From: Nanobdellota archaeon
GTDB lineage: Archaea; Nanobdellota; Nanobdellia; Parvarchaeales; Parvarchaeaceae
Assembly: GCA_021800365.1 (NCBI GenBank)
Contig: JAJYZA010000001.1
Coordinates: 19,377-83,376 of the forward strand
Length of the DNA stretch: 64,000 nt
Reading direction: 5' to 3'
The position numbers were made by a program, and so were the translations under genes. Positions 1 through 9,429 of this stretch are shown here, piece after piece. Below the pieces are notes generated by a model, which saw nothing but the letters and a program-made list of their open reading frames with translations, made no database searches and had not been told where the DNA came from. How positions within the stretch are numbered: the first letter of the stretch is position 1; each line of letters opens with the position of its first letter.

Positions 1-38
1 CTAATCAGTATATATAATATCATGCTTAAGATAGGAAT

Positions 39-761
39 ATGCCAAAGGTAAGAATAACACAAAAGAGAAATGGGATTCGCAAAGCAATTAGGAAATTCGC
101 AAATCGTTTCACTCTAACTGAGGTGTGGAACATATTGGTTGCCTGGATAATCCTTTCCGTCGCGATAGGTCTTATTTTTTATGAGGGATTTGGACTTAAC
201 TTTTTCATTGCCTTTGCCGCGTCGGCGATAGTTTTATGGTTTGGATTTATAATGCACGAATTGATGCACAAATTTACTGCACAGGGCTATAGGTACCATG
301 CAGAGTTTAGAATGTGGCTATGGGGGGTCTTATTGGCGTTAGTACTCCCACTACTCGGTTTGCCATACGTATTCGCTGCGCCGGGTGCGACATATTTTAG
401 TCCAGATTCTCAAGAGATGTATCTAGACCCAGCCGGATTTAGGCGCAGATATGGCATAATCTCTTTGGCTGGCCCAAGAACAAATCTTATTTCTGGTGTT
501 GCCTTCAGCGCACTATTCTTTCTGTTTGTTTACGCCTTTGAAATGTTTCCATCCGGATTACTTGCTTTCGGCATAATTGTTGCTTCAATAGGTTCTTTTA
601 TAAACTTTTATTGGGCCGTGTTCAACCTACTGCCAATAAATCCACTTGACGGATATAAGGTAATAAATTGGAATAAGCGACTCTGGGTATATTACTTTGT
701 ATTATCGATAGCGCTTACTGTCTTTAGTTTCTTTTTTATATATTCAAAAATATTTTATTAA
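39..761 (+). CDS. Site-2 protease family (M50) membrane zinc metalloprotease
   Basis: HELMH zinc motif in a hydrophobic segment, FAAPGA, and NLLPINPLDG (NxxPxxxLDG) motif; multiple TM helices. Confidence 0.9.
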   Translation: MPKVRITQKRNGIRKAIRKFANRFTLTEVWNILVAWIILSVAIGLIFYEGFGLNFFIAFAASAIVLWFGFIMHELMHKFTAQGYRYHAEFRMWLWGVLLALVLPLLGLPYVFAAPGATYFSPDSQEMYLDPAGFRRRYGIISLAGPRTNLISGVAFSALFFLFVYAFEMFPSGLLAFGIIVASIGSFINFYWAVFNLLPINPLDGYKVINWNKRLWVYYFVLSIALTVFSFFFIYSKIFY

Positions 762-795
762 GTAGCTATTTATAGCTGCACTGCAAAATATAACT

Positions 796-1491
796 ATGCA
801 ATCAATAAAACTTAAAAAGTCACTTAATCCTGGAGGGTACATAATAAGCTCGTTTCAGACAGTTGGTTACATTTCTATCCTAGCTACAAAATATCTGGAA
901 GAGAAGCATATTATAAAAGACGCTGGCTTTTTGGAACTGGACATAGGGACTCCGATAGCAGTTATAGAAAACGGAGAAGTCGGCTTTCCCATTAGAGTTT
1001 ATCAAGCAAATAACTCGATTCTCATAAGCTCACAGTTTCCTCTATCACAATCCTCGATAAAAAACGTTATATCGGCCATAGTAGATTTATATAAAAAATA
1101 TAAGTATAAAGGGATAATTTGTCTCGACGGACTCTCCATTGAGCAAGGAAAAGAAAATAGTGATATATATTATACTGCCACTAAAAACGGTTTCCAGCCG
1201 ACCGGTGGTAAAAAACTTGAGAGCGGAGCCATAATCGGATTAAATGCAGAACTAATGCTGCGTGCACAAGTAGAAGGTATCCCTGCGACCATTTTGATGG
1301 CCGAAACGCACTCTGATATACCGGACGGGATAGCTGCAGCATCATTAATTTCTGCCCTTGCGCCAATTGGAATAAAGGTTGACACGACAGAACTTGTTTC
1401 TCAGTATAAGAAGACATTAGAAAAAATAAATCAGATGCTGAAACGCGTTCCTCAAAAAGAAGCGCCGAAAAATCAAGAACTCTACGGTTAA
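796..1491 (+). CDS. Proteasome assembly chaperone (PAC2/PbaA-like) family protein
   Basis: FQTVGYISILATKYL, IICLDG, G-AIIGLNAELM and AETHSDIPDGIAAA match archaeal PAC2-family patterns. Confidence 0.8.
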   Translation: MQSIKLKKSLNPGGYIISSFQTVGYISILATKYLEEKHIIKDAGFLELDIGTPIAVIENGEVGFPIRVYQANNSILISSQFPLSQSSIKNVISAIVDLYKKYKYKGIICLDGLSIEQGKENSDIYYTATKNGFQPTGGKKLESGAIIGLNAELMLRAQVEGIPATILMAETHSDIPDGIAAASLISALAPIGIKVDTTELVSQYKKTLEKINQMLKRVPQKEAPKNQELYG

Positions 1492-1494
1492 GTT

Positions 1495-1899
1495 TTAATT
1501 TTCTGTTGCTTTTGAAGCAATGTCATTTAGGTACTTAGAAATTTCCCCGTCCATAAACGACGTGGAATATGCAGTTATATCGTGTATATTTACCCACTTG
1601 TATGCTTGGAAAAATCCGCTTATTTCGGGTTCCCCGCTCAAGTAATCCGCGACGTATACAATGTATGAAATCTTTGGATTTTCGGATGGATTATACTTGA
1701 AAATCCTCTGGCTAAGGGTGTATTTTAAGCCAATTCGGCTAAGAAAATCATTTATATTTTTTCTTGGACTCTCGTCTTCGCTTATATTCAAAAACGGAAA
1801 CACCCAGGAAGCTCTTGGCAATAATTTGTCCTGTTCCTTCAGTTTTACGAGAAGAACCGCGTCTTTTTTTAAGATTATTACAGATGCTCTCTTAAACAT
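1495..1899 (-). CDS. Nudix-fold protein with a degenerate Nudix box
   Basis: ASVIIL..VLLVK..WVFP..EDESP and C-terminal YKWV resemble the Nudix fold; catalytic REUXEE absent; start moved to ATG at 1899. Confidence 0.55.
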   Translation of the reverse strand: MFKRASVIILKKDAVLLVKLKEQDKLLPRASWVFPFLNISEDESPRKNINDFLSRIGLKYTLSQRIFKYNPSENPKISYIVYVADYLSGEPEISGFFQAYKWVNIHDITAYSTSFMDGEISKYLNDIASKATEN

Positions 1900-1974
1900 A
1901 TAATTATTATAAGATACCGATATAAAAGTGTAAAAACAGTGCAATTATTTATAGACAGGGATGCTAAAGTAAGG

Positions 1975-2265
1975 ATGGACCGAGCGAGCTTGGTTGTTCT
2001 ATTAGTACTCGCCGTACTTGTAATTGCAGCCGCGGTATTCTACACAAACACGGGTGAGAACCACCGTTCGGTTGCGGTCGGATTATGCGAGATAAAATGT
2101 CAAAATTTAACTGCAAGTTCAAATGCGTATAATAATATTTGTGCGGTTAAAAATATAAGTTATGGTTATTCCTGCGCAATATCGCAGGTGGAAAATTCTT
2201 CCATTTGTAACAACCAAGCTACGATTTATGTAAATAATAACTGTCAGCTTGTATCCGTTGGCTAG
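1975..2265 (+). CDS. Small secreted or membrane-anchored Cys-rich hypothetical protein
   Basis: N-terminal hydrophobic helix, 6 Cys, N-glycosylation sequons; ATG at 1975. Confidence 0.6.
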   Translation: MDRASLVVLLVLAVLVIAAAVFYTNTGENHRSVAVGLCEIKCQNLTASSNAYNNICAVKNISYGYSCAISQVENSSICNNQATIYVNNNCQLVSVG

Positions 2266-2266
2266 T

Positions 2267-2926
2267 TTATTTTGCTTTTATAACCTGAGAAAGTTTCTTT
2301 ATTTTTTCATTAAGAAAGTCTATCCTGTTACGCTTCTCCCCAACAACTTCCGCTGCATCCATGTGAACTAATACAGAATTGCAGTTGACACATCTAAAAT
2401 CATTCTCTAGCGCTTCTTTCATATCATATCTTCTGTTGCACGTTTCGCAGAGATAAAAATCGCTGACTTTGTTCAGATCTATTGCCTTCTTTGCCTGATT
2501 TATCTCATCCTCGTATTCCTTTTGTATCAGAAAAACCAGTCTCTCCGGATTTGCGCTCCAGTAATAAGTGTACCACGCCTTGTATCCCCTTTTCTTCTTT
2601 ACGTATGAAACCAGATTTTTGTTATATAACCTATAAAGAAATTTCCTGATTGCATTTGCTTTCTCAAAATTAAGTTTCCTGGCAAGTAAGTTTTCCTCAA
2701 TCGGACCATGAATAATAAGATATTTAAATATTTCCAGTCCCTTTTCTCCAGCCAGGTCTGTAACGTATTTTATGGCTTCTTCGAGGGATAGAAGCTTTTT
2801 AATGTTAACTATTATTTTTTTTGCTGGTGGTCGTTGGTTATTTGTCTGTTTCACCGATTTTTTATGTTTAACTTGTAGTCTTCTTTTTACTTTGACAGGT
2901 TTTTTCTTCCTGATTTTCTTTGACAT
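2267..2926 (-). CDS. tfe: Transcription factor E (TFIIE alpha)
   Basis: Winged helix (IRKFLYRLY..WYTYYW) plus CxxC..FRCxxC zinc ribbon; Lys-rich N-terminal extension. Confidence 0.9.
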   Translation of the reverse strand: MSKKIRKKKPVKVKRRLQVKHKKSVKQTNNQRPPAKKIIVNIKKLLSLEEAIKYVTDLAGEKGLEIFKYLIIHGPIEENLLARKLNFEKANAIRKFLYRLYNKNLVSYVKKKRGYKAWYTYYWSANPERLVFLIQKEYEDEINQAKKAIDLNKVSDFYLCETCNRRYDMKEALENDFRCVNCNSVLVHMDAAEVVGEKRNRIDFLNEKIKKLSQVIKAK

Positions 2927-2965
2927 ATTGATTATTTACACAGCCATATCATATAAATCTACTCA

Positions 2966-4453
2966 TTATAAATTAGAAAACAGTAATGTGCCAAGCGGCG
3001 ATAATAATATAAAGAACACTGAGAATGCGATTATAACCCAATTAGTAATTCTTTCCTGTAATTTCTGGTCGGGTGTAAAGTAGCCTATAAATTCATTCAC
3101 TATCTTACAACCATCGGTTATATAGAATATTGGCAAAAAGTTTGCAAGACCGACCCCCAAGGAGATGATAAATAACCAAAGGAACAGTCCATCGAACCAG
3201 TATAATATCTGTGACCCGAAACCACTGTTTGGGTATGCGGTCGGCGCTATCGGTTGTATTATAAACTGACTCGGGCTCGTCTGTGAAAAATCGTCTATTA
3301 GTCCAAGCGGAGATACCGATTGCACGAAGCCGCCTTCGATACCAATGTAACTGTGCGTTTTTGTAGTTATAGAAGCATTATACGTCGTTTTTATGGTATA
3401 TACATTGCCAGAAGAGTCCGTAAGATTAACATATTGCCCCGGAGTCACGCTTAAATAATACTCAGCTTCTGAAGGGCTAAAGAATTGATTGCCGTTTATC
3501 TCTGTTATCGTCGTGTTTGGTTTTAAGCCGGCATTATATGCTGGACCATTTTTTATTACCCCGACTATGTACAATGCGGACAAAAATGTTACGCTTGAAG
3601 GCTGTTTTATACTATAAACGTTGCCAGAAGAGTCTGTTAGATTAATATATCGGCCAGAGGTTGCACTTAAATAATACTCAGCTTCTGAAGGGCTAAAGAA
3701 TTGATTGCCGTTTATCTCTGTTATCGTCGTGTTTGGTTTTAAGCCGGCATTATATGCCAAACTTCCATGCAAAACTCCAAGTGTATTCATTGCTAGAGAT
3801 GATGAAACTGCATGTATGCCGATTATGTAATTTGACAACAAAAAATAAATCACCAAAAATGCTATTCCGAGCAAGATATTTGTAAATGAACCGGCTGCAA
3901 GTACTTTAAGTCTATCCCCCCTGCTAGCCTTTGCAAATCGTTTTTCGTCTGGCTCAACGAATGCCAATGGAAGGAACGCTAAGAAAAAGCCGAACCCTGA
4001 GGATTTTAACTTTATCCGCTTTGATAGTGCGACTATCCCATGTGAAGCTTCATGCAATACTATTACAACTACCAAGGCTATAAGCCAATATATAACTGGT
4101 ACACCAAGAACCCCCGGGACTCCAGATACCGGTAACAGTAGCTGTAGCTGCGGTGTTGTTGACGCAGGCTGCGATATCATCTGCCCAAAATATGGCACCA
4201 AAAGATATAGCATAAGTGCTATTGAAACGAAGGCGGCAAATACCCCCATAACAGAATATATATTTACTATACGCTTGTACTTTGCAAAGCGTTTCATAAT
4301 TTTTAAACCCAAGTGAGTTCTGTATATGAACATTACTTTTGCTTCTACTGAGAATTTTTTCCGATTGATAATTACAAAAACCACCAATATCGCAAAAACG
4401 ACAAGCGCAATAAGATTATTTTCATTTGCGAAAAAGAAACTAGTAAAGGACAT
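2966..4453 (-). CDS. Site-2 protease (M50) with duplicated PDZ-like domains
   Basis: HEASHG, AFVEPD, AAGSFTN and NFLP..TDG motifs; two near-identical AYNAGLKPNTTITEING repeats. Confidence 0.9.
   Translation of the reverse strand: MSFTSFFFANENNLIALVVFAILVVFVIINRKKFSVEAKVMFIYRTHLGLKIMKRFAKYKRIVNIYSVMGVFAAFVSIALMLYLLVPYFGQMISQPASTTPQLQLLLPVSGVPGVLGVPVIYWLIALVVVIVLHEASHGIVALSKRIKLKSSGFGFFLAFLPLAFVEPDEKRFAKASRGDRLKVLAAGSFTNILLGIAFLVIYFLLSNYIIGIHAVSSSLAMNTLGVLHGSLAYNAGLKPNTTITEINGNQFFSPSEAEYYLSATSGRYINLTDSSGNVYSIKQPSSVTFLSALYIVGVIKNGPAYNAGLKPNTTITEINGNQFFSPSEAEYYLSVTPGQYVNLTDSSGNVYTIKTTYNASITTKTHSYIGIEGGFVQSVSPLGLIDDFSQTSPSQFIIQPIAPTAYPNSGFGSQILYWFDGLFLWLFIISLGVGLANFLPIFYITDGCKIVNEFIGYFTPDQKLQERITNWVIIAFSVFFILLSPLGTLLFSNL
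3450..3757. repeat. Exact 92-bp direct repeat (3450-3541 and 3666-3757, offset 216 bp) inside the S2P gene
   Basis: cttaaataatactcagc...gccggcattatatgc is identical in both copies; flanks are similar but diverged. Confidence 0.95.
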
Positions 4454-4460
4454 AAGGTAC

Positions 4461-4649
4461 CTAGACCTTTAGTTTCCTCAATTCCTTATGCTTTGGTCTA
4501 AGTGCTTTACTACCGCAATTTCTGCACCTTATTTGCATCGGCCTTAAAAGTTTTGGGTTTGATACTCTTATCTTTGTATTGCAATTTCTGCATACATAGA
4601 TGTTTCTAAAAAGCCTCGCATCTGCTACTGGGTTGCTTCTTTCTGCCAT
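4461..4649 (-). CDS. rpl40e: 50S ribosomal protein L40e
   Basis: ARLF..VCRNCN..CRNCGSKALRPK zinc-finger pattern. Confidence 0.85.
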   Translation of the reverse strand: MAERSNPVADARLFRNIYVCRNCNTKIRVSNPKLLRPMQIRCRNCGSKALRPKHKELRKLKV

Positions 4650-4709
4650 AGCTGTTTATTGTATCTTTTAAGTTTACTTGTATATAAACTTTTGTCGGTA
4701 TAGAATTAT

Positions 4710-5210
4710 ATGTTTATTGATATTGTAGAAAAAAACCGTGCAAAACTTGCTGTACAGCTTAAAGAACTGGGTTTTGAGGTTATTTTTGAGCTAAAAGGCG
4801 ATACTTTGATAGATCCCGAAGATAAGAACTCATTCGAACTACGCACTTACTATGGAAAAGATTATGATTTTGTTATACGGAAAGGAAAGGCCGATGTAAT
4901 TCTTAATCTAGAAAATAACGGTTTTCTACTCAATAAAGGGCTGTGCTCTAAACTTAAAGAGAACCATATGTTCGTAGTATTTAAATTCACTTCTTTGTTG
5001 GAGTCACAAGAAGTGTTTAAGACCTATAAGAATATGCTAATAAACGGCAGACTATGCGCAGATTACGGCGTTGATACGCTATATGTGTCTTCGGCTCGTG
5101 ACCTAGATGATATAAAGGCGCCTGCGCAGCTAGTCGCATTTGCGGAGCAGTTTGGATATCATTATCTAAATTACAAAAGGGCGATAGAAAACCTCTTAAA
5201 AAGAAAATAG
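4710..5210 (+). CDS. rnp3: Ribonuclease P protein subunit Rpp30 (shortened)
   Basis: LNKGLCSKLKEN..RLCADYGV..VSSA..DIKAP..FAEQFG matches the C-terminal half of archaeal Rpp30. Confidence 0.65.
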   Translation: MFIDIVEKNRAKLAVQLKELGFEVIFELKGDTLIDPEDKNSFELRTYYGKDYDFVIRKGKADVILNLENNGFLLNKGLCSKLKENHMFVVFKFTSLLESQEVFKTYKNMLINGRLCADYGVDTLYVSSARDLDDIKAPAQLVAFAEQFGYHYLNYKRAIENLLKRK

Positions 5211-5262
5211 ATAGAAAAATTCTAAACAAGGTTTATAAATATAGGCACCCGATAATAATATC

Positions 5263-6165
5263 ATGTCAGTAGCAAGAATGGTTCTGTTGTTCTCTGTGTT
5301 GTCATTGCTTCTGGTTGGACTTGGATCCATTATTGGCTATTTAGTCGGCGATTTTATCGTTATGCTATCCATATTCTTTGTAATCGCCATTGTAATAAAT
5401 GTCGTTTCGTATTTCAAGAGCGATTCAATAGCGATAAGGATGACGAGAACAAAACTCATAAAAAGAGAAGATAATCCAAGATTATATGATATGGTTAAAA
5501 AGGTCGCATCTGAAGCAAATATCCCAATGCCGCGTGTCGGAATTATGCCATCACAATCACCAAACGCATTCGCAACAGGACGGAATGAAAAACACGCTGT
5601 TGTAGTTGCAACAGACAGCATTTTGAGCATGCTAGATGATGATGAATTAGAAGCGGTTATCGGACATGAAATAAACCATATAACACATAAAGACGTATTA
5701 GTATGTACGGTGGCCGCGACAATTGCCATGATTATCTCTTATATAGGGAATATAGTCCTGTTTTCCGAGCTCTTCGGCGGAATGAATAACAGGAATGGAA
5801 ACACTAATCTATTATTACTACTTTCGGCGATTTTGATACCGTTGGGCGCTACATTCGTACAACTTGGAATATCTAGATCACGCGAACTGGATGCAGACAT
5901 CGGTAGTGTAAACCTAGTTAAAAAGCCAGACCAACTTATAAGTTCACTAAAGAAAATAAGCCGGCCAATAAATGCTAATGCACACCAAAGGTTCGGGGTG
6001 CAAAGTCCCAGGCCCAATAGCAATGCGCAGAGCGGTGCATATTCCTCTCTTTTTATAGTCAATAACTTTGGTTCGCATGCGCTTCTGAGCTTATTTTCTA
6101 CGCACCCTTCACTGGAAAAAAGAATAGCGGCAATAACAAAAGCTAAAAACGATATGCATCTATAG
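5263..6165 (+). CDS. htpX: Zinc metalloprotease HtpX (M48)
   Basis: PNAFATGR, GHEINH, SRSRELDAD, LFSTHPSLEKRI. Confidence 0.95.
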   Translation: MSVARMVLLFSVLSLLLVGLGSIIGYLVGDFIVMLSIFFVIAIVINVVSYFKSDSIAIRMTRTKLIKREDNPRLYDMVKKVASEANIPMPRVGIMPSQSPNAFATGRNEKHAVVVATDSILSMLDDDELEAVIGHEINHITHKDVLVCTVAATIAMIISYIGNIVLFSELFGGMNNRNGNTNLLLLLSAILIPLGATFVQLGISRSRELDADIGSVNLVKKPDQLISSLKKISRPINANAHQRFGVQSPRPNSNAQSGAYSSLFIVNNFGSHALLSLFSTHPSLEKRIAAITKAKNDMHL

Positions 6166-6230
6166 CTAAAAACTATTATATCAAACTACGTGCCAAATAC
6201 CTTTTAATATACTAAATTGCTATAAAAGTT

Positions 6231-7769
6231 ATGGAAATAGCCCACGTACTTGAGAGGGGATTTGGTTATCTCCTTCTTCTTTTCTCATTGCCGATGTTCA
6301 TGGGGTTATATATCGCATTTCATTCTGGCTTAGTTTCCCCGTTTTTCCTGCAAGGACTATCCAGTACGATATCTTCTTTTACCAATAATTCGTTATTATC
6401 GGGTCTGTTTAGCTTTTCCATCCTTAATAACCTGCTGTTTGTTTCTGGTCTCGTTGCTATAGCTGGCGGGGCGCTGATTCTATTTGGCAGCAAGGATTAT
6501 ACTGGATTATCCGCCATAGGAACGGAGGTATTAATCATATCTGTGCTTTCGCTCGTGTTTGCATATGCTACTTCTTCTTATTTACTGCCTTATGCCATAT
6601 CACATGTAACGGCTTCAGCTTCTAGTATAACTTCTATAGTATCGACTATCGCCTCACCATTGATTTCTGAGGTATTCGTAGTTGATGTTGTCTTTATAGC
6701 TTTCGGAGCCGCGCTTATAGCTTTAAGATTCCTACTGCCATATTTGGTAAAAACCATCTCATCAAAAAGAGCTGCAGCTAATAAGAATAAACGCGCGACT
6801 GTGCCTACATACTCATTATATCGATATGTCGGTATACCAGTTGGAAGCGCTGTGATGATCCTTATTTTAGCGTTAATGACGATCTTTGGCCCTTCTCTCT
6901 TTTCTGGAACCACTTATCAGACAACTGCCATAGCTGCAAACAGCGTGTCCTTAGCATACCAATCTCTAGCGGAAACCCCACAGATACTTAATCTATCTGA
7001 TTTTTACTTTTTATCAGCTCCAAACCTAAATAGTACATATAACGGACAGCTAACATTATCGCCCTCCTTTGAGCCCATGCCATTTGCGTTACCGATGCAA
7101 TTTTCTATTTCAAAACTCAATGATCCGTTTTTAAGGGTTAATTTTGACATTAACATAAGCGAGTTTAGCGGATTGATAAGTGCATTTCATCCAAGTAACT
7201 CCACCCAGATACCAAATAATATAAAATTTACTTTCCTTTATAACGAATCCGGTATAATTACCTGCTCTAATTTAGCAAACGGCTTATCTGCCTCCGCCGG
7301 CTTGCAATGCAATTACAACTCATTGCCAAGAAACTTTTCAAAAATCCTTATGAATATAAATAGCAGTAATGCCAATGATTCTATAATCGGCACGCTGTTC
7401 GAGGCATTTAGTTTGCCTGCACATTTATTGTCATCTAACCAAAATAGTTCTACTCCCTTACAGAATTACTTACCTACTTTCACCTTTATAAACCACGTTA
7501 GCTATAATGGAAACAATTGCAGTTTATTTGATATCAACGGAAACTATTCTATATCAAAGACACAGGGGCAAATATGTATTTTAGATACCGACGGTTTACC
7601 CGCATTCTTAAATATAAACGAAATTCTATCGACTGGAAATGCCGGGTCATTTGACATAAAATTTGCATTTGGTCTTACTGCGTTAACTGGTAACGTGACC
7701 TTGACAGGAATAAATAGCCTACCACAAAACGTAACATTCACAAGTAGCGCCACCGGGATATTCGGTTAA
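6231..7769 (+). CDS. Hypothetical polytopic membrane protein with a large glycosylated extracellular domain
   Basis: About five N-terminal TM segments, then an Asn/Ser-rich domain with many NxS/T sequons and four Cys. Confidence 0.7.
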   Translation: MEIAHVLERGFGYLLLLFSLPMFMGLYIAFHSGLVSPFFLQGLSSTISSFTNNSLLSGLFSFSILNNLLFVSGLVAIAGGALILFGSKDYTGLSAIGTEVLIISVLSLVFAYATSSYLLPYAISHVTASASSITSIVSTIASPLISEVFVVDVVFIAFGAALIALRFLLPYLVKTISSKRAAANKNKRATVPTYSLYRYVGIPVGSAVMILILALMTIFGPSLFSGTTYQTTAIAANSVSLAYQSLAETPQILNLSDFYFLSAPNLNSTYNGQLTLSPSFEPMPFALPMQFSISKLNDPFLRVNFDINISEFSGLISAFHPSNSTQIPNNIKFTFLYNESGIITCSNLANGLSASAGLQCNYNSLPRNFSKILMNINSSNANDSIIGTLFEAFSLPAHLLSSNQNSSTPLQNYLPTFTFINHVSYNGNNCSLFDINGNYSISKTQGQICILDTDGLPAFLNINEILSTGNAGSFDIKFAFGLTALTGNVTLTGINSLPQNVTFTSSATGIFG

Positions 7770-7836
7770 TCTAATTAATAAGGTAAGACAAAAATAGGTC
7801 ATTTTATAAAAGTTGGGCGATTAAGATTTAGTATTG

Positions 7837-7910
7837 GCTCCCGTAGTCTAGCTTGGATAGAACACTGGCCTGCGAAGCCGGTGACCTGGGTTCAAATCCC
7901 AGCGGGGGCA
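7837..7910 (+). tRNA. tRNA-Arg(GCG)
   Basis: GCTCCCG/CGGGGGC acceptor stem, CTGGC-CT GCG AA-GCCGG anticodon arm, GGTTCAAATCC T arm; no CCA. Confidence 0.95.
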
Positions 7911-7937
7911 AATAACCTTTGGCACTCATCCACTTTC

Positions 7938-8396
7938 CTATGCCCTTCCATATTCGTCCTTGAGCCTAGTGATGTCGTTCTCGTCATAACGCCCGAATGA
8001 TATCTCCAATATAATCGCATCGCTTAATGCAGTCATCCTATGCCTGTCTCCTACCGGCACTTTCGCGGTATCGCCTATTTTAAGTAAAGTCTTTTTATCA
8101 TTTATTATCGCCTCGACCTCGCCAGAGGCAACCTTCCAATACTCGCTCCGATGCTCGTGGAACTGGTAGCTTAGACTCTGCCCTTTTTTTATGTACAGTA
8201 GCTTTACAATCGCGGGCTTTGCCTTAAGCTCAAACGATTCCCAGCTGCCCCAGGGCCGTGTATCGCTGGCAGAAAATTTATCAGACATAGAATCGAGCGC
8301 TTTGTTCGCCCTCTCGTCCTGTTGCCCTGCTACCACGGGTGCTTTTGAGTTATTCACGCCATTTTGTTGGTTACCCTTCAATTTTTCATCTCGCAT
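7938..8396 (-). CDS. Stand-alone type II mannose-6-phosphate isomerase cupin domain protein
   Basis: RPWG, LSYQFHEHRSEYW, HR and ILEISFG..ENDITRLKDEYGR match the ManC C-terminal cupin. Confidence 0.85.
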   Translation of the reverse strand: MRDEKLKGNQQNGVNNSKAPVVAGQQDERANKALDSMSDKFSASDTRPWGSWESFELKAKPAIVKLLYIKKGQSLSYQFHEHRSEYWKVASGEVEAIINDKKTLLKIGDTAKVPVGDRHRMTALSDAIILEISFGRYDENDITRLKDEYGRA

Positions 8397-8472
8397 AGTT
8401 GAGATATTACAACAAGATATTTATACTTAATACATAATGCGAGTAATGTCCATAATGAACAAGAAAATACCT

Positions 8473-8500
8473 CTATTAGTAAGTAGTAAAGTATTTATAT
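8473..8500 (+). promoter_or_regulatory. Putative operator plus BRE/TATA promoter, copy 1 (CTATT-N4-AGTAG-TAAAGTATTTATAT)
   Basis: The 17-mer tagtaaagtatttatat is identical to 17774-17790 and lies 21 nt before ATG-GAA-AA. Confidence 0.6.
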
Positions 8501-8518
8501 AACCTCTTTTCAATTAAA

Positions 8519-9184
8519 ATGATGGAAAACGGTCTTGAAGAGGCTATAAAAGCTGCGGGAAGGATGAAATATACTGGGAGGGTGCCCGGTACGGACTATT
8601 TCTTTAAATCTCGAGTTTCATTATTAAAATCAAACTCAAGATATGGTGATGGGCAGTCAAAAAATGGCGGGGCGCCGTCTATAGAAGATGAGTACAATGC
8701 ACTGTCTGAAGTACATAAGATTATACCTAAAAACTCTCCGAAACCTGTCGCGTTGATAAGGGGTATAAACGGAGCCCCCAAGGGTTATTTGATGACGACT
8801 GTCCCTGGAAAAAGCTTAGAAGGACAACTTTATATCTCAGATGCGGCAAGAGGCGAATTGAGCCTGGCGTTGTCCGAATTGCACAAAAATGGGATAGCAC
8901 ATGGAGATCTTAGAACCAAAAACATACGCATTACAGACAATAGTGTGTACTTGATAGACCCATCGGGTCAATCTTGTCAATCTGACACGTATCAACAAAA
9001 ATTTGGGGAAGATGAGGTATTTGGTAGTTCAATTCTTAATGCGTTTCAATCGCGTGAACAGATACGTGAAACCCCTTACCGCATGGTAAAAGGCGTTATT
9101 AATCGATTAAAATATTCTTTTAATGCACGGGTTGCATACCACTTAAAAAGAAGCGGATCAAAAAGGATAGATTACCTAAAATAA
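8519..9184 (+). CDS. Atypical protein-kinase-like protein (RIO/Bud32/Kdo-like fold)
   Basis: E of helix C (EDEYNAL), LHKNGIAHGDLRTKNI catalytic loop, VYLID; likely start at second ATG (8522). Confidence 0.75.
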   Translation: MMENGLEEAIKAAGRMKYTGRVPGTDYFFKSRVSLLKSNSRYGDGQSKNGGAPSIEDEYNALSEVHKIIPKNSPKPVALIRGINGAPKGYLMTTVPGKSLEGQLYISDAARGELSLALSELHKNGIAHGDLRTKNIRITDNSVYLIDPSGQSCQSDTYQQKFGEDEVFGSSILNAFQSREQIRETPYRMVKGVINRLKYSFNARVAYHLKRSGSKRIDYLK

Positions 9185-9429
9185 GTTGCTTTGACCCTTA
9201 CCCCATAAAATAAGCGTGTAAGGTATTCAGACCCTGCACAGTTAAAGGTTATTGGATTAAACATCGATTTTATCGGCCAGGCCGATTACCGCCGTTGTGG
9301 GGGGTTCGATGTAAAATTCATTAAATAATCTTCCCATTTGTGGCCCCTGTGTTGCACAATATCTGCCATAGATCAATAAGAATATTTAAAAGTTAAAATT
9401 ATTTATTAGCTGATAAAATCAAATAACGT

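Noticed and set aside
9185-9380. GC-richer intergenic stretch with palindrome ATCGGCC-A-GGCCGAT, a GGGGTTCGAT T-arm-like word and short minus-strand frames
   Set aside because: No cloverleaf, no match to the tRNA-Arg 3' end and no recognisable protein; possibly a gene remnant, but unsupported
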